From positions 37,078,001 through 37,142,000 of the forward strand of contig NC_087245.1 of the NCBI RefSeq assembly GCF_037042905.1: a stretch of DNA of 64,000 bases, given 5' to 3'. Source of the stretch: Lytechinus pictus (taxonomy: Eukaryota). The position numbers were made by a program, and so were the translations under genes. Shown here piece after piece: positions 39,801 through 52,500 of the stretch (the first letter of the stretch is position 1; each line of letters starts with the position of its first letter). The notes beneath the pieces were generated by a model. That model was not told the DNA's origin and did not search any database. It saw only the letters and a list, made by a program, of their open reading frames with translations.

Positions 39801-41909
39801 CTTGGAGTCGTTTCTTTTCTTACTGTTTTGGTGTAGACTTTGCTCTTTTGCTCCATGTTTTGCCTACAAAAGTTTATTCCTAAATCAAACAGAACAGACA
39901 ATAAGCGGTCGATTTGAAAAGAGGCGTAGCCAAGCGGAGAACGGTGAAAAGTTTGGTTATACAAAAGGTTTCCTTTTTGCTCTTTGTTCACCCATGTATT
40001 CTCAACAAGGGACTCGGTAAAATTCTTTTAGAAAAGAACAACGGATTCGTCACCCCGTTTCGTCACCTTCGATCCTCATGAGCCAGTACCTGAGATCTAG
40101 CTGTATCTTTCAAATTGCCCAATTATATCTTTCAGGTAATGACCTTCAGGTTTCGACCACGGAAACAAAAGGACGTGGTTTCGACCACAATTAGTGATCT
40201 GAAATATAATGGCCTCCTATATGTGTCAGAGAGGGCAGACATGAAAAATATGTTCGCTACAAAATTTGAATCATTCGTAGGATGTTCATGGCTATGTGGT
40301 CTTGTCTTTCTTACCAGAATATAACAGTGAAATGTGGCTCTAAGTAGTAGGAAATCATAAAACATCAACAGCTTCAACATGAAAAATTTGCCGAAGACGC
40401 TTTTTTTTGTCACACCACAATAAAAACATATACTGCATCAATACTCTACACACTGCGCATTGATAAAAATATATATATACACTTTGAAAAAGCCCCGACT
40501 TGAAAAATACAACATGGGGATACTTTTTTTCTGAGGCTTTGTTTTCGTCTTCCAGATGAAAGTCTTATTTTTTTACAGAATCGTGGGCTTTTAAAGGGAT
40601 GGTCCGCGCTGAATTATTTACATCGTCATGAATATTCATTAGGTGGGCTGATGATGTCACATCTCCACTTTCCGTTTTCTTATGTTATTCCATGAAATCA
40701 TATTAAATGTTTCATTATTTTATACATGTGTAAATGATGTGTCTCCATTATGATGAAATAAGTTGCGCCAATAAATAACTGATGCACGTAATCAGTTGTC
40801 AATCCGATTGTTTTAGTGACAAGTGGGAATAGGCGAAAAATAAAAACAAAGTCGGGCCGTGCTAAATATTTTTTACTTTTGAGGGGCGATTTCGGGTCAA
40901 TAACATTGTAAGTTTTAATAACAACCTTTCTACTCGCATAAATATTCAAAGTCTAAATAGGCAAACATTTGTTTTTAGGTTGTTTATTCCAACTGGATCT
41001 GACTGACTTTAATGATACAAAGAGAACAAACTTTCTTGTCAGACATCTCAAGAAAATATCTTTATTTAGATTTGATATACATCATATTGTCCCTAGGCAT
41101 GAATGAATGATTGAAAGTACATTTCCAACGATAAAAGCATTAATAATTTTTTAAGAACTTCAACAAAACAATGGAGATAGCAAATCAAAAAGCACAGCTT
41201 GTGATAAATGCACCGTGACATTGTCACGTGGGAGTGACTTAATTTTTTTTTACCTATACTGCTGCTTGACACCAAATACGGAATACGTATAACTGATAAA
41301 TACAGTTATTAAAAGATTTAATCAAATTATCTCTACATTAATATTGATAACAAAATGTAACTTATCTTAACTTATATAACTTATAACTTTTTTGGGAAAA
41401 AGAGATTAAAGAAAACCAATTCCGATGACAGGCAGTGCTGCTGGAGACATAGGTATGAGCTATTTGACACAACCACCCCTCCCCTCCCCCCGGCGACGAT
41501 ACCCCCCCCCCCCCCAAAAAAAAAAAATAATAATAATAACAAACATGAACTTACGTCTTCTCAAATCTAAAATTCCTCAACTTTTTCCCCCTTCAAGAAC
41601 ACCATACGATGTTACGTACACGTTTACTTGCTCTTTCGGACTCGAAGACCGAGTGGCTTTTGGTGAGAAAAACACTAATTTCTTCGTTGCTATTTATTCA
41701 ATAATTGAAGTATTACGAATTTTGATGTTCATTATATGAAGAATGAATTTTGAATTTATGAAAATACTAAATTAGATATTGACATCAGTGTAGCCTCCGA
41801 TATTTATTGGGTTAGTTATTCAGTGATTGCCGGGCGGTACTGGAGGCGGAGGCAGAGTTTGGCTCACCGCTACCGCGGCGCTCCCCGCTGGGCTCCTCGT
41901 CGACCTCCT

Positions 41910-42068
41910 GGGGAGTGTTTCATGAAAGGACTTGTCGGACGTTTTTTCCGACAAATCCTGTTTTATCCGACAGTTACCATAGTAACAGTGCCTCTCAGCC
42001 AATCAGAATCAAGGAAAGATATCAGATCTGACATCTTGTCGGACAAAATTGTTGATGAAACGCTCCCC
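41910..42068 (+). mobile_element. Harbinger-like MITE just upstream of the DNAJC10 5' region
   Basis: Near copy of 1020-1183. Carries agccaatca. Confidence 0.8.
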
Positions 42069-42086
42069 AGATGAAGTTCGCGTTCG

Positions 42087-42094
42087 TCACGTCA
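42087..42094 (-). promoter_or_regulatory. Candidate UPRE (TGACGTGA) in CpG-rich putative DNAJC10 promoter
   Basis: Exact match to TGACGTG(G/A) within a CpG-rich patch ~1.4 kb upstream of the first coding exon. The motif is short and also occurs elsewhere in the window. Confidence 0.3.
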
Positions 42095-43532
42095 GCTTGC
42101 GATCGCGGGAGTTTGCTGTTGCAAAGCTGAAATATTTTTGTAGCCAGTCTGTTATCAGTTACAGAACTATATTAATGCAAAAAATTTATTTTGTGTTCTT
42201 CACAACTCGTTCTTTGTTTTTCATCGTTAAAAGAAATCTTTACGCTTCACAATCATTATCACATAAAGACAATGATTATGCGATCGCGATACGTCATGTA
42301 AATTAAAAAAATAAATAAAGTCTTGGGCTAGCATTTTTTATTTTATTTTACATGACGTCTAAGTCAGGCCTAAATATTTTTGTGACAAAACAGAAAACTT
42401 TATTGAAGTTAGACAGCAGCTGAACCCTCATTTGGTTTGGAAGAGCTTTAAAACATTGAAATTATTTTAAACTTTATTTTTGATTTGATGTATGTATTGT
42501 AGGAGGTGTCTACGTCGTAGTCCAGTTATATCATAACCTTGTTCATTGAATGAGTGGAACAACCAAGAAATCAGAGACTTAAGCTTGCGGTCTGACTGTA
42601 TTGTCATTTAGCTAGCTAGCCGATATCAACTTCACATCCCATATCTTAGGAGAAGTCCACCCCAACAAGAAGTTTTAAATAAATTAAAAAAAAATAAAAC
42701 CAGCATTTTGCTGAAAATTTCACCATAATCGGATTGGATGTGAAATATTATGACACTTTAGTTTGAGAGTTCAATAAAAACTTTCACAAAACAATAAGGC
42801 TGCCAAACATTGGATACTTATAAGGCATAATTGGACCAAAGCAAATATTCAATTGTTGTATCAGACATGTGTGAAGATCATATTGTTTTGCGGCACTTGT
42901 GCAAATGTGGAATAAAAATTTCATATTAAGCGGAATTGGTCAAATATAAAATGGGAATTATTTGCTTCATAAACAGAACCCTGTTGTATGTATGTGCACC
43001 ATGATTCAAATCAAGTTTTTGTTAGGGTGGAATTTCCCTTTTAATATTGACCCCAAAATCAAACAATCAAGAAATCATCACCACTTTCTTATAAACTGAT
43101 GTATGTTTTGATTCATCCAAGAAGAAATACAAATTACGAATAGAAATAAATCTGATCATCTGGACTTGTCTTACTGGTTTGAAATGGTGAACAGTTTCAC
43201 GTCCGATCCCAGACACTTCTTCAGCTCGTCTGATCTGGCGGAGAATCACCGTTGCCGCTTGATGGCAACGCACTATTTATGTTATTGTCACGACACAACC
43301 TCTCTCGGATTTACAACCCTGAAATCCGAAAAATTCCTCAACGTCTGAAAGACAATAAAATCGATAAGCATCGCCACCAAGCGGCAACGAAGATTTCCCG
43401 CCAGTTCAGACAAGCTGAAGAATCGTCCCGGTCAGACGTGAAACTGTTCTCCGTTTCAAGCACTTTTTTATCTTTATTTTTCATTCTAGAGCTTTGTCAT
43501 TTGAGAGCAGATCGTTGCTCCTATCCACTATC

Positions 43533-46500
43533 ATGGGGAGCCCGACAAGCTCAAGGATGCCATGGAAAGCCACCATACTGATTGCTATTATATTGGTAAC
43601 TTTGGTTGGGATGGTTCACTCTGAAGATTTCTACGAGTTACTCGGTATCGAGAGAGATGCTGACGCTAAGGATATCCGACGAGCCTTCAAACGGCTTGCT
43701 CTCACCATGCATCCTGATAAGAATCAAGTAATTATTTTTCTTCACTCTATTGTTATTTAGTTTTCACTTCCTGGCCAGTTGTAGAGACAGTGATTTTCCG
43801 TTTCAAAAATGGTCTTTTCTGTTTCTAAAAATCTGCAATTCTGTTTCAACTTGATCTAAAAATGGAAATTCTGTTTTGTCACTGAAAATGTACACAGCAA
43901 AAACCTGAATTTTTTTTTCTTCTTCTTGAAGCAGTACAGTCCACCGTCTGGTGTATTGTCGTACTGGTGAAATGCAGCGTGCAAGTGTATGTACACTATC
44001 CGATAAAAAATTGCTTACAGCGCGCAAGTAAAAACAACCACCGTTATTAACGGAGCTGGGTCTTTTGTACATGTACCTCTTGTTTGAAGATGTGTAGAGA
44101 GGTACAATTAACTGTGCTTTGGGGGAGGGAGTTCCAGAGTCTTATCGAATCTGGGAAGAAGCTCCTCTGGTAGACAAGTGTTCTGGCAAAGGGAACAAAG
44201 ATCTTCAGAGAATGACCTCTATGCATGGATGTGGATGGAGTGAGGAAGGTAGGTGGGATGTCAATGAGTGAGTTGGTAATACAGTAGATCATCACCAACT
44301 TGGTCTGTGCCCTATGCTCTTGTAAAGTTGGCCATTTGAGCTGGTTCAGCATGGCTGCTACACTGCTTGTTCTACGGTGATCGTTACAGACGAAGCGTGC
44401 ATAGCGTCGCTGCACCATTTCAAGCTTTCAAGAATTCCCTTTTGCAAAGGTGAATTCCATGAATTTTTACATGAAAAGTATAAGAACCAAATGGAATTTC
44501 CGTTTTATTTACCGGTAAAACGGAAAATCACTGTCCCTGCAGTTGTTTCCACTTGCTGCCCACATAATATCACCCACCATCGCCATTTGTCTCACGTTGG
44601 TCTTTTTGGATATCTTGCTATCCCTGACTCAGGATTTCTCTATTTCCAGTTTTGTTCTTCAGTTATTTGTTTAACATTGTTCCTTCCATTCCCCCAATGC
44701 CAATTTCATTCATACCAAATTGTATGTATGTCCTGTGTATGATTTTTTTATACTAGAATTAGAAATTAGATTTACAATTGCTCAGGAAAAGGAATGCATA
44801 CTTGACTATCTTACACAAAGTTTTAAATCACATTTTAATTGTGAACTAATGATGGAAACTTAGCAGTAAAATCTTAAATATCACTATTGTATTAAGTAAA
44901 TGTTTATTTAGATCTCTACAAATAAAAGAATAATGATAATAATGGTGATGTAGAAAGCGCACACACCGTCCGAATACACTTATGACGCTAGCCCAGCAAC
45001 AGTTCCTTTAGATGCAAAAAAACTACAAATACACATGTAAACAAATTTAAAAAATACATCAGGGGGCCGTCTTACAAAGAATCGCGATCGATCGGATAAA
45101 TCGCAACTATGGAAAGCCAGCAAAGTCAACATATAAAATGCATGTTTCTTCGAAAAAAATTCTAGATATGAATGTATGTTTATAAATGCATTGATTTTTG
45201 ACAATTTGTTGTGTTCTCCTTTGTTTTCAAAGGACATTTTGCAAATTTCCTGTAGAAAAAAATATCTATTTCCTTAGAGTTAAGATTGATTGGATCAATC
45301 GTAACTCTTTGTAAGACGCGGGCGGCCCAGTAGTAACTTAGTCGTTTCAACTATGCGGTGAAAAAAGGATACTTTATTTATTTTGAGAGTAGATAAAAAT
45401 CTGTCTTTTTCTTATAGCATGATCCCAAGGCCCATGACAAATTTGTTCGCATAAATCGAGCGTATGAGGTATTGAAAGATGATGAACTGAGGAAGAAGTA
45501 CGATCGATTCGGTGAGGAAGGCCTGAAAGAACAGAAAAACCAATGGAATAGATACGAGAGCTGGCAGTTCTACAAGACAGAATTTGGTAAGTGAGCTGAT
45601 TTCATTTAAGGAATATTACCATTGTGTTATGTCATGCCTCAATTGTTACCCTGTATGCATTGTGATTTTTGGTAAAGTTGTCTTCTCTCTCACTAACTTT
45701 ACTTTCTGCTTCTGTTGAAGTGACTCCCATAGGAACTTCCGCACCACAGCTTTCCGCTGCATCAAAACCCAGCTGGTATAACCAATTACTTAGAAACATT
45801 TTACATAGATTTAATCACTCATAGTGGCTAACCTTATGGACCACAAAAATTACCCTGGGGGCATTTTTGTTAAAGTGGCGATAACGGCTGAGTTGGAATT
45901 CGAACTCGCAACCACACAATCATGAGTCCATTGCTCAAACCACTAGACCACACAACCTGTAAATTCTTATGATGTATATTGGAAAAGCATCAATTGTTAC
46001 TTTGGTAGTAAAGAGAGCATGGTTGATTCACATGTGCTATTTCTTTTAAACCAAATAATGCATAAGTGATATTAACTTTCTCAAGCCATATTTGGATTTC
46101 AACACTTAAACATTCAATATCATGTTTTCTAATTTTTCTTATATATTTTTTCTACAGGTTTATATGATGAGGATCCTGAAATTGTGACACTCAGCAAGTC
46201 TGATTTTGGTAAGTTACAAGTAATGTTTCAACTTAATTCTGTATAACTGTGGGAGCTAGAGAGTTTCATTAGTAGTAATAATATGCCCTTGCATAATCTT
46301 TATAGGCTGTCTGGCAGGGAATAATTTTACTCACGAAATTTGATTAACATTTTCGGTCATAAGAGATAAACTCTCAACTAGTTCTAGACAGTGCTGTGTA
46401 AAAATATGCTCCACAAAATATTTTGGGTAGCAGTCTTTAAAAAAAATGTAGAGCAAATTGTGATGCGATATCAGTAATATGATTCCCAAACAGGTGTTCT

Positions 46501-49500
46501 TTTCTTTTGCGTCATGTTTGCAAACTTTATTATAGTTTTTTGGAAGACCCTAAATTCAGGTGCAAATTGATTATATTTATATATGTTTTTTATTTGAGAG
46601 ATGATTTTATTTTTCTCCTTCAGAGCAATCTGTGTTTGGAGAGGATATCTGGATTGTGAATTTCTACTCGCCAAGATGTCATCATTGTCATGATCTAGCT
46701 CCAACTGTAAGTTCAAGACTCATTAGCGAGATTTCTGATATCCATTTTAACTTAGACCATGGTCTTACTATCTATGGGAAGCCAGATATGTCAAAATTCT
46801 GTTTACATTGTTTGTTCTTTTATGTTTAATTTACTCTTTCTTCATGCTTTTATGGGAAAGAAAACTATGTCAGTTGTAATTTTCATACCGTTTTGAATGA
46901 TTTGAGTGTCAAAATTTATGAGTTGATAAATTGAGCCTCTACAGTGAAGGGATTTATGTGACAATTGGCTCTCCATAGTTAAACCACAACTTTAAACCAG
47001 ATTTAATATTAAACCCGAGTTCAGAATACGGGCCAATGACTGTAAGTTACAAGCCATCATTAGAGACAATGAAAGTTTAGTTTAACTCAATTTGATCCTA
47101 TCTAATTTGGTTGCTCATTTTTCTTTTTAACAAAATGTTTTGTTCAGATTGCGAATATGTCTAAATGGCTAGTGAATAAAAGAAGATAAATCAAGATAGT
47201 TTCATTTGTTTACTTGAATTTGAGTAGATCTTTTTGGTTTCAGGCTTTTTATAACGTATTAATTTATTTTGAGGAAAAATCATGTGTGGTAATGGTTTGA
47301 TTTCTTTTTTTTGATAAATCTAGTGGAGAGAGTTTGCGAAGGAGGTAGAAGGGGTAATCCGTGTCGGAGCAGTGAATTGTTGGGATGACCGCCCTCTGTG
47401 TACAGCTCAAGGTGTTAAGAGATTCCCTACACTCTTTGTCTATCCAAAGGTAAGGTGTTAAGAGATTCCCTACAGTCTTTATCTATCCAAAGGTAAGGTG
47501 TTAAGAGACTCATTACACTCTTTGTCTATCCAAGGTAAGGTGTTAAGAGATACCCTTCACTCTTTGTCTATCCAAAGGTAAGGTGTTAAGAGATACGCTA
47601 CACGCTTTGTGTATCCAAAGGTAAGGTGTTAGGAGATACCCTTCACTCTTTGTCTATCCAAAGGTAAGGTGTTAAGAGATACGCTACATGCTTTGTCTAT
47701 TTATTAAAATTAGCACATTGCTCAATTGCCACCTAAAATAAAACTCATAAAACTTGTTACGATAACAAATTTGCAGTAATAGTTGAAAACTAGTGAAATC
47801 CTTCAATTTGATTGGCGGATTTTAAACTTGTCATAGAAATTGTGCATTTGTGACTCTAACAAGTCTTTATGAAACGGAACCCTGGTCTACACCAACTTTA
47901 TCTTCTTTAAATTTGGTCTTATCTCGCACGGTCTATTTATAGTTCATCTACATGTAATACTAGTTGATTTACTAAAAACTTTTGGTCTTATTTCCAATTA
48001 GCCCATTTACCAATTAATTTAATTTCCCATTGGCTATACCTGTATTGTCTAATATACACTTGGTCTGTTAACTAGTCTAGATGATCAGATGACTTGTTTA
48101 TAAACCAACTTTTAATTTTTACAAACTGGCATGATATGATTATTATGCATATATGAATTATATATGATGTAATATTCTGGAATCTCCCAAATAATGAATT
48201 AACTCTATAATTTTCCTGTGAATCGTTTTTTCATTTTTTTTCTTCATTTATTTTATTCATATTCTGATTTGTTCTTACTTACTTTGTAAATTTGTTTGAA
48301 TTTGTTTGAAATGAAGAAGAATAAATTCAATCAATCAATCAATCGTACTACCTGCCCACAAAAATGCATACATGGGACTACACATACATGTTCGGCCGAA
48401 ACAATGCAGCTGTTGGTCAGTCCAGTGAAGTGACCAGCTGAGCTCATCATTTGATATTTCTTTTATGTCCATATTTTATTTCTACTGTAACTATGTATGT
48501 ATGTATAATTTTGATTGTACTGATATTTGTATGTTGTTTTTACTTAATTTGTGGAAAATAAAAAAAATTGTCTTATCTGTTTAGCATGAGGAGTACACAG
48601 GGACAAGGACATTGGAACCACTGGTCAAGTTTGCCCTCAATCTGATTGATGTGACCATTCATCCACTGTGGACAGGTGAGTGACCATTGACCAGTCCCAA
48701 TCTATTAAATGGACAGTGCCATAAAGCTTGCTAACTGTCCCTATATTGTCCAGAGGATTGTGTAGAAAAGTTAGCTATGTCCCTATTTTTTGCTCATCCA
48801 GCTCGAAATTTCTACACAGAATTTTGAAACTCATTAAATATGATAATTTATGCATATTTTTGAAAACTCTTTAAACTGCTTAGAACTTATTTATTTTTTG
48901 ACTGATTTTGATTTTTTTTTGTTCCATCTGAGAGCTACATGAGGTTCAAGGTCCTACACAGAATTTTGACTAGAAAATTATTTATGCTAATTTATACGAA
49001 ATTTATTTATAAATCACAAAAATGCTTCTTCAGTGTCAACTGGGCTGAAATTAAAAATTGTGTTAAATTTCATTTCAAGATGCCGAATGAGCTCCACATC
49101 ATTGATGTGCTAGTTATTTTTAAAAATTCATTTGTCCCTTTCTATGGACCTGCAATGTTGGCAGGTATGCAAAAGTATGTATGTCCGCCCCCCTCTATGA
49201 GCTACCTTCCTGAAATCATTTATCTAAGTTTATGAGGGCTATACTGTTCTCAAATAATCCCGGCTTGGGTAGTTCTTGAAGTGAAGTAAGAATGGAAAAT
49301 AGTGGGGGTGGACATACAGAAAGATTGTGTATTTCAGTGAATTGTGCCCTGATGTGAAAATTATTTTCAACTCTCACTTTGCTTACAAGATATTCATATT
49401 TTTATTTTACCTACCTAAATAAGCATGTACCTTTTACTGTTCTCATAAATGCTCTTTATTACATGGTCAATTGGAAACCTATCTGATTCTGTTCATCAAA

Positions 49501-52500
49501 ACTCTTTGCTTGTTATAATTTATTACTGTAAATATTTTCAGAGTCCAATCTGATCTTCCAACGCAGTCCGAAGTTGGCTTTTGTTCGTACTTCATTTTCT
49601 GGGATGTGGGAATTCAAACACCTTTGACATTTGAAACTAGAGAATAGTAAATAGACATAACAAACAGCCTGTCAGCAGGCAGTGAATAAACTCTTTGTAT
49701 TTACTTTCTATCTATGTTATTGTGAAATTATGGGAACTGAAACTGCCTGAATATTTAAAAACATAAAAGGATATTGTTTGTAAAGTTGAGTATTCTGAAA
49801 AGGACATTGTATTTCATTAAAAAGGTACTCTTGGATGAATGAAAATGATATGGTTTGAACAGATTAAGAAATATGAGACAAACAAATCACTGATGTACAT
49901 CTGATGAAAAACAGACAAAAATAACACAATTATGACATTTTAAAGCTTTGCATTATTTTGGTGAAACGGTTCTGTGCATGTTTTTGTGAATATTCAGTGA
50001 GTAAATTGATGTCGTATCCCCACTATTCCTTTGCTGTAGATCATTATTTCACATTATTATTTAGATATAGGGTTTTAGAGGCGCAGATATTTTTTGATGT
50101 CTTGCGAGGTTGTTTCAAAGAGACAATATATTAAAACTGATTTTCAACGTGCATACCTATGAAAACCATCTAATATTGAAAATATTGGACGAAATGAATA
50201 TTTTGCCCCGCCCACAAGATAATCATTGGTTAATACATGATTGTGCGCATGAAGCTATTGTTACGTCACAATGAAATCGCAATGCGTATTAGTTGCCAGA
50301 AGGTGTGGTAAAGGAGCATCAATTTATTGAATTCAAATGCGCTTGCACTATACGCTAGCGCATCTTTACTTTATTACAGAGATTTCTTTTTTTTAAATGA
50401 CAATACTCAGGCGCCATGCTTATGATTTACAGGATTGCCATTAATGAGGGTTATTAAAAACTTTTTTTTTTTGCTTCATTATTTTATGTTTAGCTTTGTG
50501 GGGGTATCTAAATGATAATAATAATATTGGATGACCAATTTTCGTGGGATGAGTAGAACAATATTGGATTCATCTCCGACTCATCCAATATTGTTCTTCA
50601 GCTCGTACAAAATTTCTTCGCATCCCACTCAAGGCCATCCAATATTCCCTAAATATGTTTTTTCCTAAATGTCACAAATATTTTTTATAGCTCATTGATC
50701 ATTTTTGTCTCACCTGCATAGCAGAGTGAGACTATAGGCGCCGCTTTTCCGACGGCGGCGGCGGCGGCGTCAACACCAAATCTTAACCTGAGGTTAAGTT
50801 TTTGAAATGACAGCATAACTTAGAAAGTATATGGACCTAGTTCATGAAACTTGGCCATAAGGTTAATCAAGTATTACTGAACATCCTGCCTGAGTTTCAT
50901 GTCACATGACCAAGGTCAAAGGTCATTTAGGGTCAATGAACTTAGACCATGTTGGGGAATCAACATCAAAATCTTAACCTAAGGTTAAGTTTTTGAAATG
51001 TCATCATAACTTAGAAAATATATGGACCTAGTTCATGAAACTTATACATAAGGTTAATCAAGTATCACTGAACATCCTGCATGAGTTTCACATCACATGA
51101 CCAAGGTCAAAGGTCATTTAGGGTCAATGAACTTTGGCCGAATTGGGGGTATCTGTTGAATTACCATCATAACTTTGAAAGTTTATGGATCTGATTCATG
51201 AAACTTGGACATAATAGTAATCAAGTATTACTGAACATCCTGTGCAAGTTTCAGGTCACATGATCAAGGTCAAAGGTCATTTAGGGTCAATGAACTTTGG
51301 CCAAATTGGGGTATTTGTTGAATTTCAGCCATAAATTTGAAAGTGTGTTGGTCTAGTTCATAAAACTTGGACATAATAGTAATCAAGTATCACTGAACAT
51401 CCTGTGCGAGTTTCAGGTCACATGATCAAGGTCAAAGGTCATGTAAGGTCAAAGAACTTTGGCCACGTTGGGGGTATTTGTTGAATTGCCATCATATCTC
51501 TATAAGTGTATTGGTCTAGTTCATAAAACGTGGAAATAAGAGTAACCAAGTATCACTGAACATCTTGTGCGAGTTATAGTAGTTTTCAAAATCAGCACTG
51601 CTGCTATATTGAATCGCGTGATGCAGGTGAGACGGCCAGAGGCATTCCACTTGTTATCTCTCCCATTTTGTTGTTGTTTTGTTAATAAAAAGTTCCCTTA
51701 GTTTCCCATCTCTAATAGGTATGTGTGTTATTACGACAGCTATTTTATTGTATGTAATTCTTATTGTCTCACCTTGTTTCAGGTAATTTCAAGAAGGTAT
51801 TGTTTTCCGATGAATCTAAGAATCAGCCTTGGTTGATCTCGTACTGTGGTTCCCCGACAGGTAAGAATTCTTCCTTCCCTTTTTTTTTCCTGGTGTTACA
51901 CGTACTTCACACATTTTGGTCGTGTTGCATGAATGTTTGCGGTATTCAAATGCTCACAATTCTTAAAGAATTTGCACAATTTTTCTCAAACTTTTGTTGA
52001 TCTTATTCTTTGTTATTCTTTCTGTTTTCACATAAGGTAACTTATTCCAATGGTGTCATTCTCCATTAAGGTGCAATTCTCACGAGTCCAATTTTGCTCA
52101 AATTTTTCACAATGCAAGCCTGCCATTAGTATTTATACCATAATTGTTAGAAATATTTGTCAAATATTTTTTTTACTCAGGAACTGAAGGAGAAACAAGT
52201 GATGTTGCCAGTGTTGGTTGCTTAGATAGAGATGACCAACGCAAATTAGCAGCCATTTTGGTAAGTACATCCTTTTAAAAACCATGACGAAAGTAATCCG
52301 ACATGGCAGTTTGTGAACATGATAAATGGTGTGTAAATATCAGATCTTGCGGAAGACTAATATTTGTAATTTGCATGTGTTGTTCTAGATATGTAAATGT
52401 GAGATTGACATTTTTATAGAATTATTTGAAGTAGATGTATTATATACCATTGTAACATTCAGAGAAGGAAATTACTGCTTTTGTTTGGTGTGTGGAATAA

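Noticed and set aside
44047..44418. 123-aa ORF as a host gene
   Set aside because: It is a 5'-truncated LINE ORF2 C-terminus lying antisense in a DNAJC10 intron.
47409..47700. CRISPR-like regular repeat array
   Set aside because: There are no unique spacers. The units are contiguous copies of exon-end sequence in a eukaryotic gene, and there are no cas genes.
48651..48718. Echo of exon 6 end (gtgaccatt...tggacag) just after its donor
   Set aside because: The matches are too short to distinguish from chance, so it is not counted as another boundary duplication.
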